Position numbers and translations under genes: made by a program
DNA from: Candidatus Aenigmatarchaeota archaeon
GTDB taxonomy: Archaea > Aenigmatarchaeota > Aenigmatarchaeia > GW2011-AR5
Direction: 5' to 3'
Assembly: GCA_016198685.1 (NCBI GenBank)
Contig: JACQID010000004.1
Span: 37,160 to 101,159, forward strand
Length of the DNA stretch: 64,000 nt
Notes under the pieces: model-generated
Databases searched by the model: none
What the model saw: the letters and a program-made list of their open reading frames with translations, nothing else
What the model was told of the DNA's origin: nothing
In this document: piece by piece, positions 48,634 through 57,544 of the stretch
Position numbering within the stretch: the first letter of the stretch is position 1
Layout: every line of letters begins with the position of its first letter

Positions 48634-49299
48634 CTACATTCTTCTTGTATTGCTGACGCCGCTTAACTTCGAGCCAATATGGTTCGTGCTCGCGTTTTTC
48701 CTTGACATATTCAACGAAATAAGGGAATGAATTTGCTCAAGCGTTATCGGACCCTCTCGCAAAATCTTGTCATTTTGGACGTCGTATATCGTTGACGGTC
48801 TTCTTTTCGGCAGATTTCCGGCATCAATTATGGCATCTATTTTTCCCTCAAATGCCTTCACGACATCGCTAATATTGTATAGAGGGTCTGCGCCTGAGAT
48901 ATTGGCGGATGTCGCAGTGATCGGTCTTTTAAGTGCCGCCGAAAGCTTACGTGCAAAGCCGTGAGCAGGAACACGAAATGCTATTGTGCCTGTATCGTCT
49001 GCCGGAACGACAAGCGTCAGGGGCCCGGGCATGAATTGCTTGCATAATAGCTGCGTTTCAGGGGTTATCTTGGCGTATCTTTTGATCATTGCAACACGCG
49101 AAACTATGACAGAAAGCGGTTTGTCCCGATTACGCTCCTTTATATCATATATCTTTTCTTTTGCGTCTTCATTTGAAAAATCGGCGCCTATGCCATAGCT
49201 CGTTTCTGTAGGGTATATTATGATGCCGCCTTTTTTGAGGACGACGGCAGCTTGTGCCAGACTTTTTTTTTCTTGTGCCAGAAGTATCATAGTTTCCAT
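48634..49299 (-). CDS. tsaC: L-threonylcarbamoyladenylate synthase (YrdC/Sua5 family)
   Basis: IIYPTETSYG and TATSANISG motifs. Confidence 0.7.
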   Translation of the reverse strand: METMILLAQEKKSLAQAAVVLKKGGIIIYPTETSYGIGADFSNEDAKEKIYDIKERNRDKPLSVIVSRVAMIKRYAKITPETQLLCKQFMPGPLTLVVPADDTGTIAFRVPAHGFARKLSAALKRPITATSANISGADPLYNISDVVKAFEGKIDAIIDAGNLPKRRPSTIYDVQNDKILREGPITLEQIHSLISLNMSRKNASTNHIGSKLSGVSNTRRM

Positions 49300-49301
49300 G
49301 T

Positions 49302-49913
49302 TTATACCCAGTATTTTAATTCATTTATGTTTTCGCCTTTTAGACGCACAAAATTTGTATTGGCATGATATGCTGCTTTGGCATCGTGCTCGGTGTCACC
49401 TATATACAAAGAACGACAGGGCTTTACGTCAAGCGTCTGAGCGCATTTTAAGAGCGGTTCAGGATGAGGCTTGTGATTTTTCACATCTTCTCTGCCAATG
49501 ACAGATGAAAAATAATGCGATATTCCGTGTTTTTGAAGAAGATATTGAAGCGACTGGTTGCCCCTGCTGCTTACGATGCCCTGGGAGCATATTTGTGCAA
49601 CGTATTCGAGCGCTTCTATTGCCCCTTCGTAGAGGGATATATCATCCCATGTATGCTCGGATATTCTTCTTCTCGTATTCTCCACGGATTGAGAAAGTTC
49701 CAAAGGCACGCCGCCTACCCTTTTTTTGATTAGTGCATCGCGCATTTCCGGCGCAGTGAGGCCATTAAGTTCAAGAATCTCCTCGGAGGAGGGTATGGAA
49801 AGTCCATGATGATAAAATGTTTTCTGTAATGCCAATATGGTATGCTGCTGCGAATCGGCAAGCACTCCATCGAAGTCCCACATGACAGCCTCATATTGCG
49901 GACGATACAACAT
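49302..49913 (-). CDS. HAD-IA family hydrolase (phosphatase)
   Basis: Motif I MWDFDGVL and a motif III/IV GDTEHD-like region. Confidence 0.6.
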   Translation of the reverse strand: MLYRPQYEAVMWDFDGVLADSQQHTILALQKTFYHHGLSIPSSEEILELNGLTAPEMRDALIKKRVGGVPLELSQSVENTRRRISEHTWDDISLYEGAIEALEYVAQICSQGIVSSRGNQSLQYLLQKHGISHYFSSVIGREDVKNHKPHPEPLLKCAQTLDVKPCRSLYIGDTEHDAKAAYHANTNFVRLKGENINELKYWV

Positions 49914-50037
49914 AAATCGGCTATATCTGAGAGTTTTTATAAGTTATATTTATCTTTTTGGCGTATATAGAAATATGGAATCAATACAATCTATTTCTAT
50001 GAATTCTGATACAGTTTCTTTGAAATGAGGTGAATCT

Positions 50038-51564
50038 ATGCCGGCGATGATACCTATAGGTGAGTTACAAGAGAAAGGAAAAATAATTCATGAAATAAAG
50101 GGATACTTACCGTCTGCATATGCAAGATACATTGATTGGAACAACATAAAAGAGCCTCAAGCAATTCAGTATACTTCACCTGAAGCGATGCACGCGTATA
50201 ATCTTGCAGCAATCCGGAGCTATGTGAGCACTCTGGCAAATCATGATGCCATTCCTAGGGATGCCGGGGAAGAAATAAGCCAGAAACTTACACGAGAAAA
50301 TGTCACGTTTCTTTCTGCAGACGAGTGGGAGAGTATACTGCGCCATGACGTTCGCGGTCTGGTTAGGGCATGCCAGGATAAGCTTAGCGAGAAGGCGACA
50401 AGGTGGCTTTATCTTGGGCTTACAAGTTATGATGTCATAAACACCGCGCAGAGCGCCGCACTACGGGATGTTGCATATGAACTTATTATTCCGGAAGGCG
50501 TGAAGCTTGGTAATACGATGATAAGACGGGCAAAGGAACATAGGGATACGGTGATTGCAGGCCGAACGCACAGGCAGCATGCAGCTGCGACCACTGTAGG
50601 CCACTGGATCGGAGAGACGCTTGATGGATATGTTCCTGCATTGAATCTTTCTGCAGATCGTACTGATGAATTAAAGGGAAAAATACAGGGTTTTGTGGGA
50701 ACAAGAGCCGCTCCTCATGCTTTATTTCGCGACAGGATAAATCCCAGAACCCTTGAAACAGAAACTTTAGCTAAACTTGGGCTTGAGCCTTCACTTATTT
50801 CCTCGCAAGTCTTGCATCCTTATCATTACGCACAGTACTTTTTCCCGTTTATTCTTCTTTACGGCAGCATGGCAAAGTTTGCCAATGATGTAAGGAATTT
50901 TCAGCAGACTGAAGTCGGGGAAATATATGAAGCAAGACTTTCCGAGAGGGTGGGTTCTTCAACCGGCGCAACAAAAAGAAATCCCATAACCTCAGAAAAC
51001 ATAGGAGGCCATTGGAGGCAGCTCAAGCCCAAGGTTATCAGTATACTTGACGATTATATTACTGACTTCCAGCGTGATCTACAGGATTCTGCAAACAAAA
51101 GATATTACATGAATGAAGTTCCCCAGATAGTTCTGCATGGAATCAGGAGTACTGAAAGGATAGCAAATAATATGACGATAAGGGCTGACCGGGCGCTCCA
51201 GAATCTTGGCGTAACGCAGGGTCTTATACTCGGAGAGCCTCTCCAGTTGTATCTTCAGGTTCATTGTGCAGAGAGAGGAATGAACGTTGATACTCATGAG
51301 CATGTCAGGTTGCTTGCCGATCGCGCGATAGAAGACGGCGAACCTTTTTTCGAATACATGCAGCGGGATAGTCTCGTGCGTGGCATGCTCAATGAGATGC
51401 ATCCGGAAGACAAGGAAATGCTTCTCAATCCTGAAAAATATCTTGGAACTGCAAAAGAAGACATGGACAGAGCGATAGGGATATGGGAGCGCGATCTTGA
51501 TGTTCTTAGCAACAGAGCTCAAGCGTATAAGGAAATGAGGTTGCAGAGAGTCAAATCCAGTTGA
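50038..51564 (+). CDS. fumarate-lyase superfamily protein, adenylosuccinate lyase-like with a divergent signature loop
   Basis: GRTHRQHAAATTVGHW and GSSTGATKRNP (instead of the canonical GSSxMPxKxNP); about 60-aa N-terminal extension. Confidence 0.6.
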   Translation: MPAMIPIGELQEKGKIIHEIKGYLPSAYARYIDWNNIKEPQAIQYTSPEAMHAYNLAAIRSYVSTLANHDAIPRDAGEEISQKLTRENVTFLSADEWESILRHDVRGLVRACQDKLSEKATRWLYLGLTSYDVINTAQSAALRDVAYELIIPEGVKLGNTMIRRAKEHRDTVIAGRTHRQHAAATTVGHWIGETLDGYVPALNLSADRTDELKGKIQGFVGTRAAPHALFRDRINPRTLETETLAKLGLEPSLISSQVLHPYHYAQYFFPFILLYGSMAKFANDVRNFQQTEVGEIYEARLSERVGSSTGATKRNPITSENIGGHWRQLKPKVISILDDYITDFQRDLQDSANKRYYMNEVPQIVLHGIRSTERIANNMTIRADRALQNLGVTQGLILGEPLQLYLQVHCAERGMNVDTHEHVRLLADRAIEDGEPFFEYMQRDSLVRGMLNEMHPEDKEMLLNPEKYLGTAKEDMDRAIGIWERDLDVLSNRAQAYKEMRLQRVKSS

Positions 51565-52522
51565 CTTCCACCTCATCCGTCCTCCAGTTCTGCCAGAAGT
51601 CTGATTTTTCAATTGGCTTTGCGCCGTTTTTATATTGAACCAATCCGGTATAAGCGATATTCGCGCCGTTGTCGCCTGCAAACTCCATTGGGACAGGATA
51701 AAAAATTGCATTGCGCTCCTCGCACATTATGCGGCACATTTCCTGCAGGCGTTTGTTTGCGGCAACGCCGCCGACAAGGAGGAGCTCATTCTTGCCGGTG
51801 TGGGCCATTGCCCGTTCTGCAACTTCAACGAGCATCGAAAAGCAAGTTTCCTGGAAAGAAAATGAGATGTCTTCCAGCTTTTGCGAAGCAAGCTTGTTTT
51901 TAGCGGCAGTGAGTATTCCGGAAAACGAGAGATCCATGCCTTTCACGACATAAGGCATCTCGATATACTTCCCTTCCTTTGCCAGTTTTTCCATGACAGG
52001 GCCGCCCGGGAATTGCTTTCCGGCAGCCCGCATCAGCATGTCTATCGCATTGCCGATCGCAATATCCTGGGTCTCCCCGAACACGCGATACCGGCCGTTA
52101 AAGTAGCCAATGATCTGCGTATTGCCGCCTGAAACGTAAAGCATTATCGGGTCTTTCGCTCCTGTGCATAATTTGCCTATCTCTATGTGCGCAACGCAAT
52201 GGTTCACTGGTATCAAAGCCTTTCCGTATTTTTCAGCAAGCGCTCCTGCAAATTCTGCTGTCACTCGAAGGCACGGAGGAAGTCCGGGTCCTGCCGAATA
52301 AGAAATGATGTCAGCGTCTTCTATGCTTATTTTTGCTTTCTCAAGCGCCCTCTTCAACATTTCATCTTTCAACTCAAGATGGTGCTTCTTGGCCTCCCCT
52401 GGATGAATGCCCCATCCTTCAGGAGGCTTGTACATATCGCGTTCATTTGCGAGAATTTTCCCATCCATGGCAATCCCAACACCGAGCGTATGAGACGTGC
52501 CCTCTATTCCTATTGATATCAT
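51551..52522 (-). CDS. kae1: tRNA N6-adenosine threonylcarbamoyltransferase Kae1 (stand-alone, not fused to Bud32)
   Basis: MISIGIEGTSHTLGVGI N-terminus and the HCVAH metal site; 323 aa. Confidence 0.8.
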   Translation of the reverse strand: MISIGIEGTSHTLGVGIAMDGKILANERDMYKPPEGWGIHPGEAKKHHLELKDEMLKRALEKAKISIEDADIISYSAGPGLPPCLRVTAEFAGALAEKYGKALIPVNHCVAHIEIGKLCTGAKDPIMLYVSGGNTQIIGYFNGRYRVFGETQDIAIGNAIDMLMRAAGKQFPGGPVMEKLAKEGKYIEMPYVVKGMDLSFSGILTAAKNKLASQKLEDISFSFQETCFSMLVEVAERAMAHTGKNELLLVGGVAANKRLQEMCRIMCEERNAIFYPVPMEFAGDNGANIAYTGLVQYKNGAKPIEKSDFWQNWRTDEVEVNWI

Positions 52523-52573
52523 GACAAAATCAAATGCTCATCAATATAAAAAACTTCCCCCACAACTCTACTT

Positions 52574-52942
52574 ATGTTCCATCCTGGCAGAGTTCTGGAA
52601 GTTTTTCCAAGCAAGCACAAGGAAATCAATTCCGGCAACGCTTCTACGCAAGTCATGCTCGATATGTGGGACGAGAATCTTATCACGGTTGTTGTTGATC
52701 CAAAGCTCGCGGCAAAGATAAAGAAGGACGATGTCGTGCTTGTCGATTACACTCCTATGCAAGACAAGCCCGGTCCGACGCTTTCTGTAACAAAAATACT
52801 GAAAGGCGCGATAGCCAAGAACACATGGTCAACTTACAAGGATCATCACAAGAAAAAGAAAGGCGGAGGAAAGAATATAGTTCAGATTCCTCAAGGCATC
52901 CAAATAGAACAGCCCGCCCAGGCGCAGGCTTACGTGGGCTGA
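52574..52942 (+). CDS. hypothetical small basic protein
   Basis: 122 aa, Lys-rich C-terminus. Confidence 0.3.
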   Translation: MFHPGRVLEVFPSKHKEINSGNASTQVMLDMWDENLITVVVDPKLAAKIKKDDVVLVDYTPMQDKPGPTLSVTKILKGAIAKNTWSTYKDHHKKKKGGGKNIVQIPQGIQIEQPAQAQAYVG

Positions 52943-53011
52943 CTATATATCACGGAAACGGACGTGTATAATTGTCATTAGTTTAGAAGCACGATGGATA
53001 AAATAAAGAAC

Positions 53012-53638
53012 CTAACCATCCTCGAAAAATAAAATAACAAAAATACCTTTGCTGTTTTCTTTTTCTATTTCTTTAACAGAAGATAACAATTCATTTAAAT
53101 TACTTATAAGGTACTTAGTCGCATATTTAATCACGCTATCGATAATGTCTTCGGTTAGATTTTTAGTCATCATCTCTACAGTTACTTCCTTCATCTTTTT
53201 CTCGTGCAACATAACGTCTGATGTGTAATGTGTTAAATAAGCGGAATTTTCTGTGACAAAACGTTCAGTTACAAATTCGGAAACTCGGTTCTTTAGATTC
53301 GGTTCCAATTTTTCTAGTTCGTCTTTAAATTCTGTCAATTCGTTTGGTGTAAGAAATCCTATAATTTCTTCCCACATACTGCCGGGTGTCATACCACGTG
53401 GCAATGTAAGGCTCTTTGAGCCTAATTTCATTTCAATATTTTTCGCTTTTATGTTTGGGTTAGGAAATAAATTTTCAAGAAGCTCCTTCAGATTCCTGGA
53501 TTGAATGGACAGGAATTTCTCTAATAGATACATTTCCGAATAATGTGCAGAGGGGTGATGACCGTCCCATAAAATTAGCTCATGTCTTTTTGGCTCTTCT
53601 AGAACATAAAGTTTGCTTAAACTAATATCCGAACCCAT
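53012..53638 (-). CDS. hypothetical protein in an AT-rich segment
   Basis: 208-aa ORF; local GC is visibly lower (about 33%) than the flanks. Confidence 0.35.
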   Translation of the reverse strand: MGSDISLSKLYVLEEPKRHELILWDGHHPSAHYSEMYLLEKFLSIQSRNLKELLENLFPNPNIKAKNIEMKLGSKSLTLPRGMTPGSMWEEIIGFLTPNELTEFKDELEKLEPNLKNRVSEFVTERFVTENSAYLTHYTSDVMLHEKKMKEVTVEMMTKNLTEDIIDSVIKYATKYLISNLNELLSSVKEIEKENSKGIFVILFFEDG

Positions 53639-53797
53639 TTCACTCTAGAACTTCGTGTTCATACACGTATTTATACCTTAAATAGAGGCATTTAGTGGAC
53701 TCAAAATTTCTTATCGTCAACTCCAATTCAAGCCAGTGTTGCTGTTTTGTATTCAAGTAGATGACGTTTACTTAAAAGTTCGCACAAATCAAGAAAG

Positions 53798-54073
53798 CTA
53801 CGCCTTCTTGGTGATCTCGGACCAGTGGCATTTGCCGCAGTATTTCCTGTTTTGATAAGCAGCGATGAAAGTGCCGGGGCCGCATCTTGGGCAGGATTCG
53901 TTCTTTCTCTTGACAGCGCCGCCTTCAACCTTGTAGAGTTTCCATGCTTGGACCTTGGCATGCTTCTTCTTGGATTTTGGCCTGTCCTTCTGGCTCTTCT
54001 TCTCTTTTTTCTTCTCTACCGGTTTCGGGGCTTCTTCAACTTTAACTGCTTCCTTTGGTGCTGGTTTTGCCAT
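53798..54073 (-). CDS. rps27ae: ribosomal protein S27a (eS31) with a Lys-rich N-terminal extension
   Basis: C-terminal CPRCG...CGKC zinc ribbon, ...YKVEGG... motif. Confidence 0.75.
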   Translation of the reverse strand: MAKPAPKEAVKVEEAPKPVEKKKEKKSQKDRPKSKKKHAKVQAWKLYKVEGGAVKRKNESCPRCGPGTFIAAYQNRKYCGKCHWSEITKKA

Positions 54074-54086
54074 TGATCATCAACCT

Positions 54087-54362
54087 CTATTCTTTCTTTT
54101 CTTCAGCAGGCTTCGGCTTGCTGAGATCCTCGACCTTTTTCTCTTTCCATACATAAGCCTTGCCTGTAGAAACACCTATCCCATTTTCCGAGTGAATGCT
54201 GAGTATCTGAACGTTCTCGGCATCCTTCTTTGTTTCCTTGGCGATTTCAGCCTGCACGACTGCCTTGGAAGGCGTTGCGTTTTTGTCGTGAGTTAACTTT
54301 ACGGTAAGCTCCTTCCTTTCCATATAAGGATTCTCTTTTTCGTTGATAATAGACATTTTCAT
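54087..54362 (-). CDS. rps24e: ribosomal protein S24e (eS24)
   Basis: ENPYMERKELTVKLTHDKNATPSK matches the S24e N-terminus. Confidence 0.75.
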   Translation of the reverse strand: MKMSIINEKENPYMERKELTVKLTHDKNATPSKAVVQAEIAKETKKDAENVQILSIHSENGIGVSTGKAYVWKEKKVEDLSKPKPAEEKKE

Positions 54363-54372
54363 ATTTTTTCAC

Positions 54373-54552
54373 CTACACTCTTATCGCGTAAGTTCCCGGC
54401 GCGCTTATGCCAAGCTTTTTTGCGATTTCTGAATTTACATCGAATATCATCACAGCGCCTTGGAAGCTGCTAGTCAGTTCTGAAGTTTGGCATACCGGGC
54501 ACACTGAGCCTTCCACAATTCTTTTGCACTTCCTGCACGCTCTTCTTGCCAT
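54373..54552 (-). CDS. spt4: transcription elongation factor Spt4 (RpoE'')
   Basis: Hand-translated 59 aa: MARRACRKCKRIVEGSVCPVCQ...IAKKLGISAPGTYAIRV (zinc ribbon and NGN-binding C-terminus). Conserved spt4-rps24e-rps27ae order. Confidence 0.7.
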   Translation of the reverse strand: MARRACRKCKRIVEGSVCPVCQTSELTSSFQGAVMIFDVNSEIAKKLGISAPGTYAIRV

Positions 54553-54569
54553 TCTTCATTCACGTCCAA

Positions 54570-55142
54570 TCATTTTTTCTCTTCTTTCTTCGGTTCCTTA
54601 GTCGTCTTCTTCTTGTCTCTTTCGAGCCATTCAAGAGCGCCCATGCAAGGCTGTCTCATGGTAAGTGAGATCTTGCTTCTTCCCTTGCCGAGGGACACCC
54701 CAACAACTCTTGCGCGTATTATATTGCCTTCCTGCAGCTTGTTGCCGGTTTTCTTTCCGGTAAATACAGAGTTCTTCGGGTCATACGCCATTTTGTCGTC
54801 CATAACCTGAGAAACATGAATAAGTGCATCTATCGGGCCTATTCTTGTGAATGCGCCGAACTCGGTAACATCAACAACTTCTCCAAGAACCATTTCATTG
54901 ACTTCGGGCCTGTATACAAGGATCTTAAACTGGGCAGGATAGTGTATAGCGCCATCTTCAGGCACGATAGATCCTTCGCCTACTTCCATGACATCCGTTA
55001 CAGCCAGCAAAACACCGAGTTCTGGAAATATCTTGCCTTCTATTGTCTCCTGAAGGCTTTCCTTGATTGCATCGTTAATTTCAAGGCCAAATTTGGCTGG
55101 GAGTACCCTTACGTTATCCTTTATCGTTACAGTTTTGAACAT
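54570..55142 (-). CDS. rpoE: DNA-directed RNA polymerase subunit E' (Rpb7 homolog)
   Basis: N-terminal RNP-like domain plus S1 domain; operon position upstream of spt4. Confidence 0.8.
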   Translation of the reverse strand: MFKTVTIKDNVRVLPAKFGLEINDAIKESLQETIEGKIFPELGVLLAVTDVMEVGEGSIVPEDGAIHYPAQFKILVYRPEVNEMVLGEVVDVTEFGAFTRIGPIDALIHVSQVMDDKMAYDPKNSVFTGKKTGNKLQEGNIIRARVVGVSLGKGRSKISLTMRQPCMGALEWLERDKKKTTKEPKKEEKK

Positions 55143-55147
55143 ATTTT

Positions 55148-57118
55148 TTACACCAATGAAAACGTGACTATCACATGCACAAATATGATAGCTATTACGT
55201 TCATAACCTTTATTAATGGATTGATAGCCGGGCCTGAAGTGTCCTTAAAGGGATCGCCCACAGTATCGCCGACTACTGCAGCCTTATGAGCATCAGAACC
55301 CTTGCCTCCAAAAGCGCCTTTTTCGATATACTTCTTTGCATTATCCCATGCGCCGCCAGCTGTTGTCATGAGTATTGCCATGAGAAAGCCGGTGACTATG
55401 GAGCCCATGAGAAGGCCTCCAAGTGCTACAGGGCCAAGCAATATGCCGACAAGCAGAGGCGATGCTACAGAGAGGATGCCGGGCAATGCCATTTCTTTCA
55501 GAGCAGACGTTGTGACGATATCGACGCATCTGCTGTAATCCGGTTTTGCCTTGCCTTTGAGTATGCCCATCTTGAATTGAGCTCTGACTTCTTCAACTAC
55601 GCCGTAAGCGGCCTTGCCGACGGCAGCCATTGTCATGGCAGAGAATAGGAACGTTACTATGCCTCCAATCATGAGGCCTGCGAGCACGAACGGATCGTCA
55701 ATCTTGAAGGAAATTATCTCAGTGATTCCTGCACTTGCACGGGCAGAATTCACTTCTGAAACATACGTCGCAAATAGCGTCAATGCCGCGAGCGCGGCAG
55801 AGCCTATTGCAAATGCTTTAGTCACGGCTTTGGTCGTATTACCTACTGCATCCAGAGCATCGGTGACTTCCCTGATATTCTTGTCAAGCTTGGACATCTC
55901 GGCTATTCCGCCGGCATTGTCTGTGATAGGACCGTAGGCGTCCATGGTTATTACTATGCCTGTAAGGGACAGCATCGCCATGACCGCAACAGCGACTCCA
56001 TAGATCCCTGCCAGATAATATGAAACCAGTATCCCTCCTGCAACTATCAATGCAGGCAATGCCACGGACTGCATTCCCACCGCAAGGCCGGCGATCATTG
56101 TTGTAGCCGGTCCGGAGCGCGATGACTCAGCTATGTAGCGCACAGGCGCATGTTTTTCAGAAGTATAGTATTCGGTCACTGCGAAGAGAAGCACTGAGAT
56201 GCCCAACCCTACAAGAGAGGAATAGAAGATATTTCCTTCAAGGACGAAGTAAAGTATAATTGCCGAAAGTATTACTGATGTGAAAAGGCCCCTGTAAAGG
56301 GCGCCCATTATGCTCTTTCCGCCCCGTATTGCGTATACGCCTATGACTGATGCCGCGAGCGCAACAGCCCCTATGATTAAAGGCGTTTCAGCTGAGAAGC
56401 CCAGCAAAGATCCTATGAGCATTGCACCGAGAGCCGAAACAACGTATGTTTCGAAAAGATCCGCGGCCATTCCTGCGCAATCGCCGACATTATCGCCCAC
56501 ATTGTCTGCTATTACGGCCGGGTTTCTTGGGTCGTCTTCAGGTATGCCTGCCTCAATCTTGCCTACAAGATCAGCGCCGACATCGGCTGCTTTGGTGTAG
56601 ATGCCTCCGCCGACTCTGGCAAAAAGGGATATTAACGAAGCGCCAAAACCAAGGCCGATAAGCATGAACGGATCATTATAGATATAATAGAAAGATGTCA
56701 ATCCCAAAAGCGCGAGTCCTGCAACGAACATGCCTGTGACTGCGCCTCCCTTGACGGCCGTGTCAAGGGCTCTCGCAAGGCCGTGCTTGGCTGCGGCTGC
56801 CGTTTTGACATTCGCGCGTACAGATATCTGCATGCCCACGTATCCTGCAAGTGCGGAAAGAACCGCGCCCGCAGCAAATGTTATTCCAGTAGGAATACTG
56901 ATGAATGCTGCAAGGAGAACGGCAATGGCAGCTGCAAAAACAGCCACGGTTTTGTACTGTCTTTTCAGGTAAGTATTAGCGCCAACTCGTATGGCTGCAG
57001 CAATCTCTTCCATCTTGTCATTGCCGCGCTCGCGAAGGAGCACGTTGCGAGCCAGAAAGCCGGAAAATGCAATAGCAAGCACGCTGGCGGCAAAAGGTAA
57101 TTCAAGCATTCTTATCAC
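55148..57118 (-). CDS. hppA: membrane-bound H+-translocating pyrophosphatase
   Basis: VIADNVGDNVGDCAGMAADLFETY signature, 16-TM profile, 656 aa. Confidence 0.85.
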   Translation of the reverse strand: MIRMLELPFAASVLAIAFSGFLARNVLLRERGNDKMEEIAAAIRVGANTYLKRQYKTVAVFAAAIAVLLAAFISIPTGITFAAGAVLSALAGYVGMQISVRANVKTAAAAKHGLARALDTAVKGGAVTGMFVAGLALLGLTSFYYIYNDPFMLIGLGFGASLISLFARVGGGIYTKAADVGADLVGKIEAGIPEDDPRNPAVIADNVGDNVGDCAGMAADLFETYVVSALGAMLIGSLLGFSAETPLIIGAVALAASVIGVYAIRGGKSIMGALYRGLFTSVILSAIILYFVLEGNIFYSSLVGLGISVLLFAVTEYYTSEKHAPVRYIAESSRSGPATTMIAGLAVGMQSVALPALIVAGGILVSYYLAGIYGVAVAVMAMLSLTGIVITMDAYGPITDNAGGIAEMSKLDKNIREVTDALDAVGNTTKAVTKAFAIGSAALAALTLFATYVSEVNSARASAGITEIISFKIDDPFVLAGLMIGGIVTFLFSAMTMAAVGKAAYGVVEEVRAQFKMGILKGKAKPDYSRCVDIVTTSALKEMALPGILSVASPLLVGILLGPVALGGLLMGSIVTGFLMAILMTTAGGAWDNAKKYIEKGAFGGKGSDAHKAAVVGDTVGDPFKDTSGPAINPLIKVMNVIAIIFVHVIVTFSLV

Positions 57119-57474
57119 TCTATGAATATACGCTTCTTTTGTTTAAGCCGCAAAACTTTAATACCTGATTCCTTGAGTTTTTTTATCAACGCAGCGTCAT
57201 TCGTGGCGACGGCGTAGCCTTTTTCGGCTTTTTCCATGAGGCTAAAATCTGTGTTACCGGAGGCTTCGATAATTTTGACACCCTTTTTTTGCAAAAGCTC
57301 AAGTGCCACACGAGCTGCCGGGGCATCTTTCTTCCTGCTTCCCGCGAGCTTTTCAAGTTCTTGGATGCACGAACTTAATGTAAACAGATCGTTGCCCTGA
57401 AGTTCTCCGAACACATCGGCTTTGAACTGGGCTACTGCCATGAGGAAATTGGTATCAAGCAGGATTTTCATCAT
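57115..57474 (-). CDS. PIN-domain protein (Fcf1/Utp24-like small archaeal PIN)
   Basis: ILLDTNFL N-terminal acidic motif and C-terminal ...VATNDAALIKKL... Confidence 0.5.
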   Translation of the reverse strand: MMKILLDTNFLMAVAQFKADVFGELQGNDLFTLSSCIQELEKLAGSRKKDAPAARVALELLQKKGVKIIEASGNTDFSLMEKAEKGYAVATNDAALIKKLKESGIKVLRLKQKKRIFIE

Positions 57475-57544
57475 TTATATATAAGAAACCCCTTTTTAAG
57501 GGCCAATATGTTTATATATATTTACTATTTAGTAGTCATGAAAT

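Noticed and set aside
49302-51564. ASL-like and HAD genes as part of a toyocamycin-like deazapurine nucleoside gene cluster
   Set aside because: They lie about 40 kb from the que genes, among housekeeping neighbours (tsaC, kae1). Housekeeping purB and a HAD phosphatase are the simpler explanation. Kept only as a low-interest note.
52574-52942. 122-aa basic protein next to kae1, considered as a KEOPS partner (Pcc1/Cgi121) or a ribosomal or KOW protein
   Set aside because: No convincing motif match to Pcc1, Cgi121, Gar1, L14e or eIF5A by eye. Left as hypothetical.
55286-57100. Several 80-120-aa ORFs inside and antisense to hppA (and similar ones inside gltX, glpX and gap)
   Set aside because: These antisense, shadow or alternate-frame ORFs overlap a gene with strong family motifs. 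Their composition is Ala/Arg/Cys/Pro-rich, as expected from alternate-frame reading of coding sequence. Spurious.
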